From: an uncultured Acidimicrobiales bacterium
GTDB lineage: Bacteria; Actinomycetota; Acidimicrobiia; Acidimicrobiales; UBA10347
DNA: 60,264 nt
Assembly: GCA_943788915.1 (NCBI GenBank)
Contig: CALSSD010000002.1
Coordinates: 1-60,264, forward strand
Direction: 5' to 3'
Positions within the stretch are counted from its first letter, which is position 1; each line of letters opens with the position of its first letter. Below, in pieces: positions 58,398 to 60,264 of the stretch. The position numbers were made by a program, and so were the translations under genes. The notes under the pieces were generated by a model that searched no databases, was not told where the DNA came from, and was given only the letters and a program-made list of their open reading frames with translations.

Positions 58398-60164
58398 TTA
58401 TACGTAGTCTTTGTACTGGGGCAGGTGGCGCACAGGCTTGCTGAGCGCATCCTTGCGGAACGGGTCGCCCAGTTCCTGGGTGCACATGATCTCGATGACG
58501 GTGGTCTTGCCTTCGTTCATCTGTGCGTTGATTGCATCGGTGAGCGCTGCGCCTACGTTGTCGATCTTGTCGACGCGGATGGCTTCGGCACCCATCGCAA
58601 CTGCGATGTCGCTGTAGCTTTCACCACCGTCGAGTTCGCCAGCCACGAACCGGCGGCCGTAGAAGTCGACCTGGTTCTTCTTCTCGGCACCCCACTGGCG
58701 GTTGTGGAACACAACTGCCGTGACGGGAATGTCATGCCGGACTGCGGTCATGATCTCGGTCATGCTCATGGCCCAGGCTCCGTCACCAGCGTAGGAAACG
58801 GCTGGACGGTCCGGAGCAGCCTTCTTGGCACCAATGATCGTGGGCAGTGCGTAGCCGCAGTTACCCCAACTCATGGCGGCGAAGAAGCTGCGTGGCTCTT
58901 CGAAACGCAAGTAGCTATTGGACACCGAGTTGATGTTGCCGATGTCGGTGGACACCATGACCCGAGCTGGCATGGCCTTTTCGAGCTCACGCAGAACCTG
59001 GCGTGGGTGGAGCCAGTCGCCAGGCATGTCGTTCGCGTTTTCGATGGCCTCGGTTGACCAGTCGTCGGTCTCGCTTGTCCAGGCATCGAGTTCGTCTTCC
59101 CACCGCTTCTTCTCTTCGGCGGTCTTGGCGGCCCGGGCATCGCGGGTTGCGTCGCAGGCGAGTTCGCGATCAGCAAGGCGTTCGAGCAACGCCACAGCGG
59201 CTTCGCCGGCGTCGCCGTGGATGCCAACAGATATTGGCTTAACCAGGCCGAGCATGGTGTTGTCTGCGTCGATCTGGATGATCTTGGCGTCGGCTGGCCA
59301 GTAGTCCATATCGTGTTGTGGCAGTGTGCCGAACGGGCCGAGGCGAGTACCGAGCGCAATGACGACATCGGCCTCGGAGATCAGGCGCATAGCGGCCTTG
59401 GACCCTTGGTACCCGAGTGGGCCAACCCACTGCGGATGAGATGCGGGGAACGAGTCGTTGTGCAAGTAGGTATTCGGTACCGGGCAACCCAGGCGTTCGG
59501 CCAAAGCGACACACTCAGCCATGGCGTTGCCCATAACAACACCGCCGCCGGAAAGCAGTACCGGGTTGGTTGCGCTGGCGATCAGGTCGGCAGCTTCGTC
59601 GAGTTCCTTGGCGCCGCCGGCGCCGCGACCGAACTGTGCGGGCTGTGGGATCTCGACATCGATGTCACCGTAGAAGCGGTCACGAGGAATGTTCAGCTGG
59701 GTTGGACCCATTTCGCTGAGTGCACGATCGAAGCAGCGCGACGTGATCTCGGCCATCCGTCGTTCGTTGTTGACGTGGCCCTGATACTTGGTGAACTCTT
59801 CGAACATGGGCAGCTGGTTGGCTTCTTGGAAACCACCGAGGCCGATGCCCATGGTGCCGGTCTGGGGCGTGATGATCACGACGGGCGAGTGGGCCCAGAA
59901 CGCAGCAGCAATGGCGGTTACGCAGTTGGAGATGCCTGGTCCGTTTTGCCCGATAACAACACCCTGTTTGCCGCTTACCCGTGAGTAACCGTCGGCCATA
60001 TGAGCAGCTCCCTGCTCATGCACAACCGGGACCAGTTCGATTCCGGCAGGGGCGAAGATGTCCATAGCGTCCATGAACGCTGAGCCCATAATGCCGAATG
60101 CGGTCGTCACGCCGTGAGCGACGAGAGTTTCGACGAAGGCCTCGCTGGGTGTCATTCGCGTCAT
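58398..60164 (-). CDS. xsc: Sulfoacetaldehyde acetyltransferase (ThDP-dependent)
   Basis: MTPSEAFVETL, GIMGSAFMD, HEQGAAHMADG, GPLGYQGSKAAM, GTRLGPFGTLPQH, GDGAW, NRQWGAEKKNQVDFY, ELGDPFR. Confidence 0.95.
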   Translation of the reverse strand: MTRMTPSEAFVETLVAHGVTTAFGIMGSAFMDAMDIFAPAGIELVPVVHEQGAAHMADGYSRVSGKQGVVIGQNGPGISNCVTAIAAAFWAHSPVVIITPQTGTMGIGLGGFQEANQLPMFEEFTKYQGHVNNERRMAEITSRCFDRALSEMGPTQLNIPRDRFYGDIDVEIPQPAQFGRGAGGAKELDEAADLIASATNPVLLSGGGVVMGNAMAECVALAERLGCPVPNTYLHNDSFPASHPQWVGPLGYQGSKAAMRLISEADVVIALGTRLGPFGTLPQHDMDYWPADAKIIQIDADNTMLGLVKPISVGIHGDAGEAAVALLERLADRELACDATRDARAAKTAEEKKRWEDELDAWTSETDDWSTEAIENANDMPGDWLHPRQVLRELEKAMPARVMVSTDIGNINSVSNSYLRFEEPRSFFAAMSWGNCGYALPTIIGAKKAAPDRPAVSYAGDGAWAMSMTEIMTAVRHDIPVTAVVFHNRQWGAEKKNQVDFYGRRFVAGELDGGESYSDIAVAMGAEAIRVDKIDNVGAALTDAINAQMNEGKTTVIEIMCTQELGDPFRKDALSKPVRHLPQYKDYV

Positions 60165-60264
60165 GTGAGATCCTTTACAAGTGGTGAAGGTTGTGCAGTG
60201 GTCGAGCACCAATCCCGACCCCCAAGAACGAATTAGAGCCTATAACAGAACCGTGAGAAGGTTT

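Overview
GC-rich (about 60% by eye) actinobacterial chromosome segment. Gene content and pervasive leaderless TAnnnT-N6-start promoters suggest Acidimicrobiia (inference). It holds about 55 mostly metabolic genes; no rRNA, tRNA or CRISPR was seen. About a dozen single-base indels break otherwise intact genes and look like long-read assembly error. Main signals: (1) a dispersed candidate organosulfonate/sulfite pathway: SauS-like CoA-acylating aldehyde dehydrogenase plus a SucCD-like ligase, xsc followed by an orphan CobS/CobT-like AAA+/vWA pair, and a Mo-bisPGD enzyme with a fused FeS-NrfD subunit divergent from a CysL/YeiE-like LysR. (2) A REP-associated tyrosine transposase (RAYT) with five copies of a 24-bp-core palindrome; the copies supply host stop codons and one lies inside the transposase ORF. 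(3) A second, ~102-bp repeat family built from GNA-loop mini-hairpins and anchored 3 nt behind stop codons. (4) A 6C-like C-rich-loop sRNA candidate. (5) A 17-bp-period operator-like array before a PadR / HAAS-NfeD / SPFH operon. All family calls come from motif recognition, not database searches.
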